A model generated the notes under the pieces. The model searched no databases. It was not told where the DNA came from and saw only the letters and a list, made by a program, of their open reading frames with translations. Of a DNA stretch of 64,000 bases, positions 18,680 to 32,820 are shown piece after piece. Both the position numbers and the translations under genes were made by a program. This DNA comes from Rhizophagus irregularis (Eukaryota). Position 1 is the stretch's first letter, and each line of letters starts with the position of its first letter. The stretch is from positions 1,426,001 to 1,490,000 of the forward strand of contig NC_089434.1 in NCBI RefSeq assembly GCF_026210795.1, read 5' to 3'.

Positions 18680-19840
18680 GCATTTTCATGAAAATTGGAT
18701 TTTGACTGCTAAACAACTTTTAATTAATAAAAGAAGTCGATTTCCTTTGACCAAAATGTTCAAAATACGTTCTGAAGTGACAAAACAGAAAAAATAAAAT
18801 TCATGAATGAGTACCGTTGTGAAAAACGTGAATAACCCTTCAAGTATTAACTGTACCTTCATGAAAATTAATATCCAAGCAGATTATGACCCACTGAAAA
18901 ACTTTCAATTAATATAAGAAGTCAATTTACTTTGACTAAAATGCTCAAAATACGCTCTGAAGTGACAAAACGGAAAAAATAAAATTCGTGAATGAGTATC
19001 GTTGTGAAAAACGTGAATAACCCTTCAAGTATTAACTGTACCTTCATGAAAATTAATATCCAAGCAGATTATGACCCACTGAAAAACTTTCAATTAATAT
19101 AAGAAGTCAATTTACTTTGACTAAAATGCTCAAAATACGCTCTGAAGTGACAAAACGGAAAAAATAAAATTCGTGTTGTGAAAAACGTGAATAATTCTTC
19201 AAGTATTAACTGTACCTTCGTGAAAATTAATATCCAAGTAGATTATCACCTGCTGAACAACATTCAATTAATATAAGAAGTCAATTTACTTTGTCTAAAG
19301 TGCTCAAAATACGCTCTGAAGTGACAAAACGGAAAAAATAAAATTCGTGAATGAGTACCGTTGTGAAAAACGTGAATAACTCTTCAAGTATTAACTGTAC
19401 CTTCATGAAAATTAATATTCGAACAGATTATTACTCGCTGAACAACTTTCAATTAATATAAGAAGTCGATTTACTTTGACTAAAGTGCCGAAAATACGCT
19501 CTAAAGTGATAAAATAGAAAAAATAAAATTCCATTGTGAAAAACGTGAATAACTCTTCAAGTATTAACTGTACCTTCATGAAAATTAATATCCAAGCAGA
19601 TTTTGACCCGCCAAAAAACTTTCAATTAATATAAGAAGTTGATATACTTTGACTAAACTGCCCAAAATACGCTCTGAAGGTAAAAAAAATTTTGTAACTT
19701 AGTACTATTATGTAAAAATGTAAATAACTCCAAAAATATTAACTGTGCTTTCATGTAGATTAATATCTTAACAGCTTCAAACTTGCTGAACTACTTTCAA
19801 TTAAAGAGCAAGATTTACTTTGGCCAAAATGCTCAAACCA
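18680..19840 (+). repeat. Tandem array of 173-185-bp units (~6-7 copies)
   Basis: CAAGTATTAACTGTACC recurs at 18841, 19026, 19200, 19385 and 19558, with degenerate flanking copies. Confidence 0.9.
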
Positions 19841-20602
19841 TAATTTGAAATATGTGTAAACAAACTATAATATTTGTTTATATTTAAATTCTGAGTTATT
19901 TAATTTAAATGTGTTTGTTTATATTTAAGGAAAAAAAATAAAATTTTACTTCTATTTTATTAGGTTTTTGTAAACGAAAAGACAAAAAAATAATCAGCTG
20001 AAAAAATAAAAAAATTCTTTGTTAATAACCGTAATACGTGATCACATGTTGCAATATTAAAATCGGAAATCCTATATTTAAATTGGTAATACGTATTACA
20101 TATATGACCGATAGGCCAAATTATATCTCCTGCTATTACAATTGTAAAATTGTAAAATAATATTAAAATTATGAATAAATTAAAAGTAAATTGGCAAAAA
20201 TTCTAACCTGTATTAAGCAGTATTAAGAAAATTTTTTGATAAATTTAGATTAGATTTATGTGTAGCATAAATAATTATGTTAACGTGTACATTAATTAGT
20301 TACGAAATCACTCGTTATAAAAAGATTTATTTTTTTTAATAAAATTAAACCATTATATCATAATTTCAGATCATAAATTTTATGTTTTTATTATATATAA
20401 GAAAATATATGTATATTCTTTTTTTAAAAGAAGTGAAACAAATTATTATAGAAAAAAAATATTTTTTTAACAAAAAAATGTGGATCCTTGTGAATAATAC
20501 TAAATTTTCTGTTACTAATTTCTTTAAGATTTAATTTCTATAATTTATGGAAATGATTTTTGACATATTTTCTTATTATTTGTATAATACGCAAAATAAT
20601 TT

Positions 20603-21792
20603 TTATTTCTTTCCGCGTCCTCCACGACCTCCTTTTTTATTATAACTTCTTTTCGGTTTAATAGGTTGATCAATTTCACCATCACACAAATCAGATAATT
20701 GGCGTTTTTTAGTTTTATTAGCATTAATAGACGTATTATCATCTATCATAACCAGGTCTATAGGAGATTGATTTGTTCCTACTGTATCTTCTTTGTCTGA
20801 ATCATTATCACTTTCTTTTTCATATGCATTTTCTATTTCTGTGGTATTTGAATCCGATTTTGGGGTAATATGTGTTTTTACTGGTGAATTAGGAGTTGAT
20901 TTATTCCTCCTTTGAGCAAATGCGTTGGTGGTTGATCTTTGTGGTGAGGGTTGGTAATTGTTACTTGAAGTTGAAGTACGAAATCGAACATCATAATCGA
21001 TCAACTTTGCATCTATCTGTACGTATGTTGTTGATCCGTCTGTATAAATTGCCTCAAGAAATCCAGCGACGAAAAAATTGGCAAATTCACTCCATTTATC
21101 AGAAAGATATTCAAGCCATTTTGATTCACTTGAATATCCAATCTCAAAATTAATGTAACGTGCAGCAGAATGAAATGGTGAATAAATCAACGATTTGGTT
21201 TTAACAAAATTCATATTATTTGATGTTGACAATGGTTCACAAGCAGAAGTAGTGATATGAACGAACGGCTTTGTTGATGGAATTTTTTCAGGTTCCCATT
21301 TCAAACGTTCTCCATTACGTCCTAATTGAGGTTCTAGCACACATGCCGCTTCAACTAAGAGCTGTTTATATGAAAAAGACAAATGAAAATATTATATTTG
21401 TAATTAATATTAAAAAAATTATTTAAATTATTATCATTTTTATAAATTTTTATAATTATTATTATTAGATTATTATCATTTTTATAATTATTATTATTAA
21501 GTAAATTATAAAATTATTATTAAAATTATTATATGTCATTATTCCTTAGATACATACAAAAATTACTTACCATTAATTTATTGTCATCAATAGTGAACTT
21601 TCCACCAAAATGGACTAAGTCCCCTTCTTTAAACGCCTCATTATAATCGTGCAGCGCGTTTGAAAACTGTTTGAATCCAAAAACAGGATTTTCATTGGAA
21701 ACTTTCTCACGATAGATAGCGTCCCCAAATGCTGTGTGAGAGGATTCTCTTAAACATACTACAAGTGCGATAACTGACAGAGTAGCGGTCAT
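20603..21792 (-). CDS. Two-exon gene (21792-21571, 21361-20603), putative OB-fold ssDNA-binding protein; copy of 32821-34010
   Basis: A GTAAGT...CAG intron joins KLM to LLVEAA in frame; four amino-acid differences from the other copy. Confidence 0.7.
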
Positions 21793-22884
21793 TTTTTTTA
21801 ATTTTTTTGATAAAAAAAAATTGAAAGATTTTATATTATTTTGAGTGTAGAGAAAAAAACACCTGCAAACTATCTATAAATGTGAATAAAGCATTACAGA
21901 TTTTTATATAATTGGTAAAGTACAAGATGAAAAAACTTGATTATCATAATTAATTGTATCACTTCAAGAAAGGGGGCCAGCGTAAAATCTACTCAATTTT
22001 GCCAGATTTTCTAAAAGGTTTTTGAAAAATCTGGTAAATTTTTTAAATCTTGAATAATTTTGGACATTTTACTGCAGATTGTAGTATTTTTCAGAAGATT
22101 TTCGGAATTTTTCTAAAACTTTTTGTACACTGAAGGGAACTCATCCATTAAAATTCCAATGGTGCATTATCCTCATAATCAAATTCTATAATCCCAAAAG
22201 TGTTAAATATCAAAATTTTATAATCCATAAGACAAATTATTGTCAAAATTTAATTAACACAAGGATCTTATTAGCAGGATTAACTGGTTAAAACTGTTTT
22301 GACCATAAATATATCAGTAATTCTGATCAGATTTACTTAATGCTGCCCAGAGACTTAGTAATTCAGTTATATGTTTCCAAACTCAAAATTTAATACCGAA
22401 TTTTTTCCTATTTATTAATAATGGTAGTGATTCAAATAGTCTTTTTTCAACTAAATGTATTAGCGTTAGTAAAATCGAAAATTGGTACAATTTTAAGTAA
22501 AAAAAAATTTTAAATATTTTTCATATTAACTGGTTAAGGTTTTTTTGGATGGTTCTAACCTCTACTTATTATTTATTTTATTTATTTTATTTTTTTTATA
22601 GAGAGAAATTGTCATAATACATGTATTATTTTGAAATTAACATTTTAAAAATTAAATTGAAAAACTATAATTTATTAATTAACGATAAAACGTTTTTTGT
22701 TAAAATTATTTAAAAATTTTTTAAATTATAGCGAAAATGCTACAACAGTAAATAATATTATAATAGCGAAATTGATCAGCAAACAAATGAAAACATGCAA
22801 ATATTAAATGATGTCTCAATTTAACAGGTATTTTCAGTGGCACAGGAAGAGTTTTTGCGAAAAGTTGGCATTAGAAGTTTTTTT

Positions 22885-22966
22885 CATTGTCATTGTCATT
22901 GACATTGACATTGACATTGACATTGACATTGTCATTGTCATTGTCATTGTCATTGTCATTGTCATT
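22885..22966 (+). repeat. (CATTGT/CATTGA)n hexamer microsatellite; inverted copy at ~31647-31728
   Basis: Directly visible. Confidence 0.9.
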
Positions 22967-25359
22967 TACATATAAAGTTATATAAGATTAATTTGAGAGT
23001 TTTTTACCAAAAAGGAAATTTTTTTATAAAAAGAGAAATGATTTTCAATTTCGAGGCAATTCAGCAGGTGTTTTAATAACAAATTGAGAAATGATTTCCA
23101 TAGAAAATCTCGTGACAAAATTTATAATAAATTTAAAAATAAATGATCAACAAATGATCAACAAAATCGTTACTAGTTTTATAAAAAACGCCCAATAATA
23201 TCTTTTTATTGTTTTAATTTATAATCGTTATAAAATCTACTGTAAAATTTAGTGGTGTTTTAACGCGTTAAAATTATTTTATCATCGTTAACTTTTTGTT
23301 TCATTTATTAATCTGGAAAAACTCTCAAGTTATTTATATAGATATTCACATGGAAACGTTTATTCTTTGATAATAGTAAGTATTATAAGCCATGTCATTC
23401 CAACGGATAGCATATTTTAATAATTCGCTACAATACCGTAACGCATTTCTATTTATTGTTGGGTTATAAATTTATATTAGAATTTCCCATTAAATTAATA
23501 TTTTCAAAAATCACAAACTAAGAATCTTGTAAAATATTCTGCTAATCTATTTAATAATATTTTTAAAAGTAACTTATGACAATTTAAAATCTAAAAATAG
23601 ACAAATAAGATACATACAAAATTAGTGACAATAAATTACTTTTTATTAAAGAGTGTTTTGAATCAATCAATCATTGAAATTTATTATTATATAAAACTTT
23701 TTTTTAACTACCATAATACCATTGATATTAATATCTTACCTTTTAATTTGTTCCAACTATATTTCTTTTTTTATTTCTTAATAAATTCATATTTAATAAA
23801 ATACTTGTTTATTAAACATTATACAAATTATTTTAGTACTTACGTATTTTCAACTTTTCAAGTAATTTTTACTGTCAATTCAAATCAACATATAATTTAA
23901 TATGAATTCTAGCTATTTGAATGAAAATATCTAATTATATATTATTATATATTTTAGAAAACAAGAATATCTCAAAAGTTAATTCGAATTGAATATGTTA
24001 AAGCTACTGCAATAATTAAAATGGGTAATTTAAAATAAAACATTTATATTCAAAATATGGTAAATTTATTTTTTTTTTGTATGGATATCAACGTAGAAAA
24101 ATTAAGAGTGTACATTAATATAATAACTGAACAACAAATACATTAAAAATGAATTTCTAAATGGTTTTTTTTTTACTAAATAAACATATTTATGAACAAC
24201 TTTTTTTTTCGAATTAAATGTGAAATCTCATTCATAGGCATCAAAATAAGAAATATAATGGAGATACAGCAGTCAGACTTCCAAAAATTACACCCTTTAT
24301 TATACATTATATAAAAACCTTTTCGTAAGCACATTTTTTGGAAAATTTACCGAGGTCAAAAGTGGTGATTATAGACAAGTTTGTCTGTAATAGTAAAAGA
24401 TAATAATTACTAAAATAAATCCTTTTTATTATTAATCATATAATAAATTTTAAATGAATTAATTTAAAAACACATCGTAAATCAAAAAATAAATATTTCA
24501 CCATTTCGTTTACTCTTTGTTTCTTCCAAATATACCAACACTTTGCTTCCACTCAAATTAATTCATTTTAGTTTTTTAGTTCTATGTTAATGAAAAGAAC
24601 ACCCATAATAAAAAATAATGTACGTTTGATAAAAAAAAATAATAAGCTGCATGTACCAAATAATGAAATATACAAACTTAATTTATTTCACAATTTATCG
24701 ATAATCTTTAATAAAATATTTTACAAATAAGAAACGTTTTTAACATAATGCAAATTATATAAAGTCAATACAAACATTACACAAACATGGTTAATTTCAT
24801 TTTTCTAGATATTTCTTTCAATTGTATATATTTTATTTTTTTGCAATATAATTATCAAGTAAATAATGTAAGTCGTCGGGCTGGTAGTGTAGTCACTACG
24901 TTCCTCCACCTCGGCCACGGCCTCGCAGTACCTACATCCCCCCTCCGTGGGGTAGGGAATCCCCTATATCTGTCACCATCTGTCATTAACATCTGTCATA
25001 TAATAATATACTAAAAAAGAATGAAATAAGGGAAAAGAGAGGAAAATACGATAGAATCAGAGGGGTATGACAGATATGACGGATATGACAGATGTTTCAG
25101 AAAAATCGGGAGAGGATACTCCCAGAAAAAAGTTTTGATTTTACCCCCCAGATCTGTCATTCTGTCATAGATCTGTCATATGATCAGGATTCAGTCTATT
25201 CATCTGTCGGAAGCAGTGAGATAGCAAACCGAGTAAACAGGTAGGTTAATAGCCCCTAGAAGGTCTGTAAAGCCACAGAGAGATAACCGGGTAGGAGCAC
25301 GGATTCTTGGAAAAAATATATTCGGCAATTGAAGATTAGGTAACTATAAGTAACATACA

Positions 25360-25695
25360 ATGATAAACTTACATGCCGCCACTTCTCTTGCCGAAGACCT
25401 CGGGCTTGATCTTGTAGACATCTATGGAATCCGTAAATGGATCCAAATTCAGGCATCACCCCTCAATGACCCGGACATAGTAGCAGAGATGGTCAGAAAC
25501 CTTCCGGTTAAAGAATTCAGAAAACATCTCAAGATTAACAGACTCTGGTACAACGGTTGTAAAGCCGAGTTGTGGAAGCGGCATAAAGAAGCTGAGGAGG
25601 CATACGACAGGGCGGTAAACCACTACAGGGAAGCTAATGATCCTGCAGAGTCATATTTTTTGTCCAGATTTTTACAAGGATTGATGACTATGTAA
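25360..25695 (+). CDS. Truncated F-box-like protein in the left TIR
   Basis: The first ~85 aa are nearly identical to 17446-17961; the ORF then runs into the 52-bp repeat. Confidence 0.6.
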   Translation: MINLHAATSLAEDLGLDLVDIYGIRKWIQIQASPLNDPDIVAEMVRNLPVKEFRKHLKINRLWYNGCKAELWKRHKEAEEAYDRAVNHYREANDPAESYFLSRFLQGLMTM

Positions 25696-25868
25696 CCATA
25701 TCATCAGGTATCCTTACATTTTTCAACAAGGATTGATGACCATGTAACTTCATCATCAGGCATTCATGAATTCTTAACATAAACTAATAAATTTTTGAAT
25801 GTTCTATCTAGTACTCTTTCAAAATTTTGTCTAATCACTAGTTTGAACTGATGAGATAGCAAATCAAG

Positions 25869-26681
25869 TTAATCCTCTTTACCAGGTTTCCCTAAAGAAA
25901 TTCTTGTTGGCTTTGGACTATGTAATAATGCAGAAAGCCAGCAAAATGATTTATCATCTCTTATTCTATTATTAGCAAAAAGCCATTGTAACATATTATT
26001 TCCTTCTTTAAATTCCTCAATATCAAGTGGACATGATCTCAATAGTAATAAAAGTTGATTCATATATAATCTAGCCGTTTCTTTATCCTCTTCAGTCTGT
26101 TCTAAATCTGCTATTGTAGGATCATATGTAAATTGTGAAGTTTTAGAACTAGCAGTTGAAAGTGGAATACTATGAATACTTGATTTACTAGACAAAGCAG
26201 TATGTTGAGACATTGTCTCCTCAAGATCTCGAACAGATTTTTTGGTTGAAGCAGTATGTTGAGATAATGTTTCTTGAAGGTTTTGAACAGATTTTTTAGT
26301 TGAAGCAGTGTGTTGAGACATTGTTTCCTCAAGATCCTGTATTTTACTTTGTGCTGCTTCCTGCTGATTTGATAAATCTGTTATATCACCTGACACTCCC
26401 TTAATATCCATTGATGTATTTTTTAATTGCCAAGAAATTGCTCGCATTTGTGAAGCAAGCTCATCTATAGTTGCTTTAAGCTCTTCTACAGATGATGTAC
26501 CACCATACTTTAGATTGTTTGGAAGGTTATTTCCAACTTCTGAAGGTTCTGGAATAGTTTCCGGATAGCTAATTACTTCAATAATTTTAGGTATACATGG
26601 AATTCTGCGATTCAGATGAGTGTTTCTATCTCGAGTACTTTTAAAATTATCTTTTCCACATTTAGGACATGGAGGCAACAT
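25869..26681 (-). CDS. Zn-finger (CxxC...HxxRxxPC) plus coiled-coil protein
   Basis: MLPPCPKCGKDNFKSTRDRNTHLNRRIPC; three 18-aa repeats (..DLEETMSQHTASTKKS); the only unique ORF of the small element. Confidence 0.7.
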   Translation of the reverse strand: MLPPCPKCGKDNFKSTRDRNTHLNRRIPCIPKIIEVISYPETIPEPSEVGNNLPNNLKYGGTSSVEELKATIDELASQMRAISWQLKNTSMDIKGVSGDITDLSNQQEAAQSKIQDLEETMSQHTASTKKSVQNLQETLSQHTASTKKSVRDLEETMSQHTALSSKSSIHSIPLSTASSKTSQFTYDPTIADLEQTEEDKETARLYMNQLLLLLRSCPLDIEEFKEGNNMLQWLFANNRIRDDKSFCWLSALLHSPKPTRISLGKPGKED

Positions 26682-27085
26682 AATGAATAATATTACAACC
26701 ACTCAGTAAAGGTAAAGTGTTCATTTCTGATGTGTATGTTCAAATGGACGAATGGATGGATGGATAGAATCCTGAACATTATTGTACAAATGGCCAGATG
26801 AACAAATGGATGCCATTCCATCTAATGCTATATTTTTAACGTATAAATGGATGGATGGATGGAATCCTGAACATTGTTGTACAAATCAAATGGATGGAAT
26901 CCTGAACATTATTGTACAAATGGCCAGATGAACAAATGGATGCCATTCCATCTAATACACATTAGAAATTATTAGAGAACATTCAAAAATTTATTAGTTT
27001 ATGTTAAGAATTCATGAATGCCTGATGATGAAGTTACATGGTCATCAATCCTTGTTGAAAAATGTAAGGATACCTGATGATATGG

Positions 27086-27421
27086 TTACATAGTCATCAA
27101 TCCTTGTAAAAATCTGGACAAAAAATATGACTCTGCAGGATCATTAGCTTCCCTGTAGTGGTTTACCGCCCTGTCGTATGCCTCCTCAGCTTCTTTATGC
27201 CGCTTCCACAACTCGGCTTTACAACCGTTGTACCAGAGTCTGTTAATCTTGAGATGTTTTCTGAATTCTTTAACCGGAAGGTTTCTGACCATCTCTGCTA
27301 CTATGTCCGGGTCATTGAGGGGTGATGCCTGAATTTGGATCCATTTACGGATTCCATAGATGTCTACAAGATCAAGCCCGAGGTCTTCGGCAAGAGAAGT
27401 GGCGGCATGTAAGTTTATCAT
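27086..27421 (-). CDS. Truncated F-box-like protein in the right TIR (identical protein to 25360-25695)
   Basis: Mirror copy within the TIR. Confidence 0.6.
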   Translation of the reverse strand: MINLHAATSLAEDLGLDLVDIYGIRKWIQIQASPLNDPDIVAEMVRNLPVKEFRKHLKINRLWYNGCKAELWKRHKEAEEAYDRAVNHYREANDPAESYFLSRFLQGLMTM

Positions 27422-28326
27422 TGTATGTTACTTATAGTTACCTAATCTTCAATTGCCGAATATATTTTTTCCAAGAATCCGTGCTCCTACCCGGTTATCT
27501 CTCTGTGGCTTTACAGACCTTCTAGGGGCTATTAACCTACCTGTTTACTCGGTTTGCTATCTCACTGCTTCCGACAGATGAATAGACTGAATCCTGATCA
27601 TATGACAGATCTATGACAGAATGACAGATCTGGGGGGTAAAATCAAAACTTTTTTCTGGGAGTATCCTCTCCCGATTTTTCTGAAACATCTGTCATATCC
27701 GTCATATCTGTCATACCCCTCTGATTCTATCGTATTTTCCTCTCTTTTCCCTTATTTCATTCTTTTTTAGTATATTATTATATGACAGATGTTAATGACA
27801 GATGGTGACAGATATAGGGGATTCCCTACCCCACGGAGGGGGGATGTAGGTACTGCGAGGCCGTGGCCGAGGTGGAGGAACGTAGTGACTACACTACCAG
27901 CCCGACGACTGTAACGAATAACGATATTGGAAATTTAAAAGATCACTCACCTTAATATTTTTATTAAAGTCATATCCAAGTTTGGAAAAGAACTTCATGC
28001 GTGCCATCAACGCTCATGTGATATTAAAAATTACATATTACGTACGTTGTGACACAGTGTTGTAAATTCAAGGTCATTTAACTTTTTTGAATGACCTAGG
28101 CCATTTCGTTATGATCACGTGATAAATTTACTACTGATTACGTAATTAGGCATTTTCAAGTCATTTCGAGGTCATTTGCAAACGGGAAAAGCACGTGCTA
28201 GTTGGTGATCGATCAAAAGATATAAAATGATGACATTCAGCTTTAATATTTTTTTTTTTTTCCCTAACAAAACTTTATTAATAACATAGCTTTAATATTT
28301 TACCAAGTTGAAATCAAAAAATCAAA

Positions 28327-28865
28327 ATGTCTCAACCTAATTTTAAAGTTATATCTGATCCACTTAATGCGTTAGCTACGGAAGTCCCCAATTTACCAAA
28401 CATACCCATATTTTCTGTCATGGAAGGTTTGGAAAGAATAGCTAAAAGGGTTGATCAAACTTCTCAAAGAAACGACGAAATCTCTTTAAGATTTAACCGC
28501 GTCCTCACTGCTTGTATGTATATTATTTTTGGTCTCTAGTATAAAAAAAAATGTTAATGTTCTGTTTAACTGCTCATTTTTAAAATTTTTAATTAATGTT
28601 ACTTTTATTTTTAGACGAACAGCGCATGATAGCGCGTGCTGTCAATTCAACAATCCGCAACTCTCAAGCAACGATTGAACCTCTCTTAACAAATGATGGT
28701 AACCTTCCTGAAGATTTTCCTCGTAACTTTTTGGAAATAGAGGGTGCATCTGAAGACACGATCAAAAAGCTTCTTTTTGTGTATGGTCAACCAACTGACG
28801 GTGACGTAACTATCTGCAAACGACGTTTGGTAGGGTATTTGGGAATTATAGCCCTTTATGTTTGA
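28327..28865 (+). CDS. Two-exon host gene (28327-28513, 28615-28865), Mug135-like C-terminal domain protein
   Basis: A GTATGT...TAG intron joins the ORFs in frame; FPRNFLEIEGASEDTIKKLLFVYGQPTDG...KRRLVGYLGI pattern; TATAAAA upstream at ~28221. Confidence 0.65.
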
Positions 28866-31800
28866 AGTAAAAAGAGCTTCAAATTTAACAAAGTTTCTGG
28901 ACAAGTATAAGTATTATAAAACACGAATAAAATAAAAAAAGGGAAATCATTTGCAGAGATCAATTATGGAAAAAAAGAAGGATATCTTTTAGAAGATCAA
29001 CTTCTTGTTGATTATCATAATAATGTTTATATAAAATGTACAATATCTGTAGTAATAGGCTAATTAGTATTGCTTAATAAAAATTATTAAATTCTATATT
29101 GCAAATATATTTGTATTTTTTATTTATGGCTCTAACAGTTTCACATATATAAATTATTTCGCTTAGAAAATTGTTGGATAATAAATAAAATCATAAACTT
29201 GACCTTTTGCCTTTTTCTCGTCAACTTTACTATTCATCATGAAGTCTTTAACCATAATTAAAAATTCTTTAGTGTATAATACCAGCTTAAATCTCGAGAT
29301 CTTCCGCACCACAGGATTTTTGATATAAGCAAATGATATTGAGGTAAAGGAATTTTCTGAGTCACAGTCCTGAATAGATGAAGATGTGTCGTTACAGGCT
29401 TATAGCTGACGCCGGTATATATTTCTTGAATCAAACGTTGCCCTTAGCAACAACCTCTTCGTTTTTTCATCCATGGCACAATATTTTGGGAAATCAGGAT
29501 GCCTCTGGATCTATAGAAGTAGGGTTACATTGTTCTGCAATAAGCCTGTCTCCCACTTCCTCTGCCTTATATCTCTTTATTTTGTTGCGATTTTAACACT
29601 CTCTTTCACTAGATGCTTTTAATATTGTCTCATAATAATTATCATCACTGCTGAAGCAAAAGTACTTAGTTGAAATTTTAAATGTAAGTTATTTGACTCC
29701 TTCTTGTAATTTATGAAGTAGCTGACAAATACTTTAACATCATAACTTCATCTTTAAATTCTATTCCCTAGTGAATTAGTTGGTGAAATTGCTTTCAAAT
29801 TCATATTTCCCATAAATTTTTGAAGCTATATCATAAGTGATATTGTTTTTTATGATATTTGCATATATAAATTTATTCCCTCATTTCTTTGGTAACACCT
29901 TATTAACCAACCCAATATATAAATATATATAAATAAGCAAGATCAAATTGACTTATTCTGGCTAAATAGTAAACAAAGCAGAAAAAAAGAGAATCAGTTA
30001 ATGAATAGAAAAAAAATGAGAAAATGTTTTCAGATTTGAAAAATATTTATCAGTGAGGGTTGGATTATGATGATGATACTAATGAGTTGATTATCTTGAG
30101 ACACTTAACTAATTGGAAAATTGTCATTGTCTCTAAACTTTGATATTGGTCCCATTTCCTCCCACAAGTTTGTTTAGAAACATCTTTAGATGGTTGAGCT
30201 CAAGAAAGTTTTATATTATTCAAAATCATAAACTGCAACTTTTAACTTTTTTATGAAAGAAAAGCTTCTTAGGGTTTGAGACAATAAAATCTTTAATGTC
30301 AATTTTAGGACTATTAATAAATTTATGTCAAATGATAACCATGTAAATATCATTACGTCTTCATTGCGTCTAAAAGCAAACAATTTAATAATATAGTACT
30401 TTCATTTTGATGAAGAGATGATAGTTTTTAAAAGTACTATAAGAGTTTTTTGAAGGTATGTATAAACTTTTACAAACCTTTTTGAATATATTATGATTAG
30501 TAATAAGATAGACTCTTGATAGAAGCTTATAATGGTGAAATACAGTAAATGATATAAACAAAATTAATAGACGTATTAAAAAAATAATTTATCAGTAAAT
30601 TTTTTTTTTCTTGTTACGGAAAGAATTCACGAGAAAAAAATTGTTCCCATAATAAGTTTAATTTATTAATGCTTATTTAATTTATTTGTGATGATTTAAA
30701 AATATAAAATAGAAACAATATTATTTATTTTTATTACAAATATTCGAGTATAAATTTAACAGTGTTAAACATAACGAGAAGTTATTTCGCTAATAATCTT
30801 ATAATTATTGATCAAAAATCAAAATACAACAATTCATCACTATTTGATACTAAAAGAAAACTTGAATAATTTATTTTTAGTTCAACAGCATGTATTTTAC
30901 AATTATTATACAATATTAAAATCTCAGAAACATATATCTGGTTATAACATATGTTTTCAATGTATAGAATATTTATAATCATTACAGCCGGTAAACTGAA
31001 TGGGACTATAATTTAAATCCAATCGCTATACCGTTATAAAAAATTAAAGTAACTTACATTTTGCTTTAATCCTTCACTATGACATTAATTTCAACTTGCA
31101 CAAAGTGTAATTTTTATTTTACTATATTTATATTTAATATGACAAAAGAGAAAGCGGATTGTAAATTGTGTTCTCTAAAAGAAGTAATCCATTAATTTAT
31201 TCGTTTACATGTTTATGAAATTTCATGGGTTGCCATTTCGATATCAAATATGTTACATATATTGCGCATAATATACATACAAAACATGGATTCCTTTGTT
31301 TACCTAATATATATCCAGTTTTGAATTTTTATTTGTGGTTTAAGATTATCTATCGTTTATAAATTTACATACGGTAATATATTGAATTACATAATTTAAA
31401 ACAATAAAAAGATATTATTGGGCGTTTTTTATAAAACTAGTAACGATTTTGTTGATCATTTGTTGATCATTTATTTTTAAATTTATTATAAATTTTGTCA
31501 CGAGATTTTCTATGGAAATCATTTCTCAATTTGTTATTAAAACACCTGCTGAATTGCCTCGAAATTGAAAATCATTTCTCTTTTTATAAAAAAATTTCCT
31601 TTTTGGTAAAAAACTCTCAAATTAATCTTATATAACTTTATATGTAAATGACAATGACAATGACAATGACAATGACAATGACAATGTCAATGTCAATGTC
31701 AATGTCAATGTCAATGACAATGACAATGAAAAAAACTTCTAATGCCAACTTTTCGCAAAAACTCTTCCTGTGCCACTGAAAATACCTGTTAAATTGAGAC

Positions 31801-32820
31801 ATCATTTAATATTTGCATGTTTTCATTTGTTTGCTGATCAATTTCGCTATTATAATATTATTTACTGTTGTAGCATTTTCGCTATAATTTAAAAAATTTT
31901 TAAATAATTTTAACAAAAAACGTTTTATCGTTAATTAATAAATTATAGTTTTTCAATTTAATTTTTAAAATGTTAATTTCAAAATAATACATGTATTATG
32001 ACAATTTCTCTCTATAAAAAAAATAAAATAAATAAAATAAATAATAAGTAGAGGTTAGAACCATCCAAAAAAACCTTAACCAGTTAATATGAAAAATATT
32101 TAAAATTTTTTTTTACTTAAAATTGTACCAATTTTCGATTTTACTAACGCTAATACATTTAGTTGAAAAAAGACTATTTGAATCACTACCATTATTAATA
32201 AATAGGAAAAAATTCGGTATTAAATTTTGAGTTTGGAAACATATAACTGAATTACTAAGTCTCTGGGCAGCATTAAGTAAATCTGATCAGAATTACTGAT
32301 ATATTTATGGTCAAAACAGTTTTAACCAGTTAATCCTGCTAATAAGATCCTTGTGTTAATTAAATTTTGACAATAATTTGTCTTATGGATTATAAAATTT
32401 TGATATTTAACACTTTTGGGATTATAGAATTTGATTATGAGGATAATGCACCATTGGAATTTTAATGGATGAGTTCCCTTCAGTGTACAAAAAGTTTTAG
32501 AAAAATTCCGAAAATCTTCTGAAAAATACTACAATCTGCAGTAAAATGTCCAAAATTATTCAAGATTTAAAAAATTTACCAGATTTTTCAAAAACCTTTT
32601 AGAAAATCTGGCAAAATTGAGTAGATTTTACGCTGGCCCCCTTTCTTGAAGTGATACAATTAATTATGATAATCAAGTTTTTTCATCTTGTACTTTACCA
32701 ATTATATAAAAATCTGTAATGCTTTATTCACATTTATAGATAGTTTGCAGGTGTTTTTTTCTCTACACTCAAAATAATATAAAATCTTTCAATTTTTTTT
32801 TATCAAAAAAATTAAAAAAA

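Larger units (their letters stand above)
18461..23217 (-). mobile_element. Second, inverted copy of the Helitron 5' region (4,757 bp), cut by the outer Polinton-like element
   Basis: Near-perfect reverse complement of 31396-36152 (coordinate pairs sum to 54613 at both ends and at the ORFs). Confidence 0.85.
24872..27909. mobile_element. Non-autonomous derivative of the Polinton-like family (3,038 bp, 934-bp TIRs)
   Basis: Termini GTCGTCGGGCTGGTAGTGT / ACACTACCAGCCCGACGAC; TSD TGTAA at 24867-24871 and 27910-27914; TIRs 24872-25805 and 26976-27909. Confidence 0.95.

Noticed and set aside
23625..23900. AT-rich ORFs such as 23625-23900, 56861-57073, 61586-61840, 62401-62634 and 63000-63182
   Set aside because: Low-complexity F/I/K/N/Y-rich translations expected by chance in very AT-rich DNA.
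29200..29850. Possible minus-strand gene remnant
   Set aside because: Coding-like composition but many stops and no recognisable motif; cannot be assigned.
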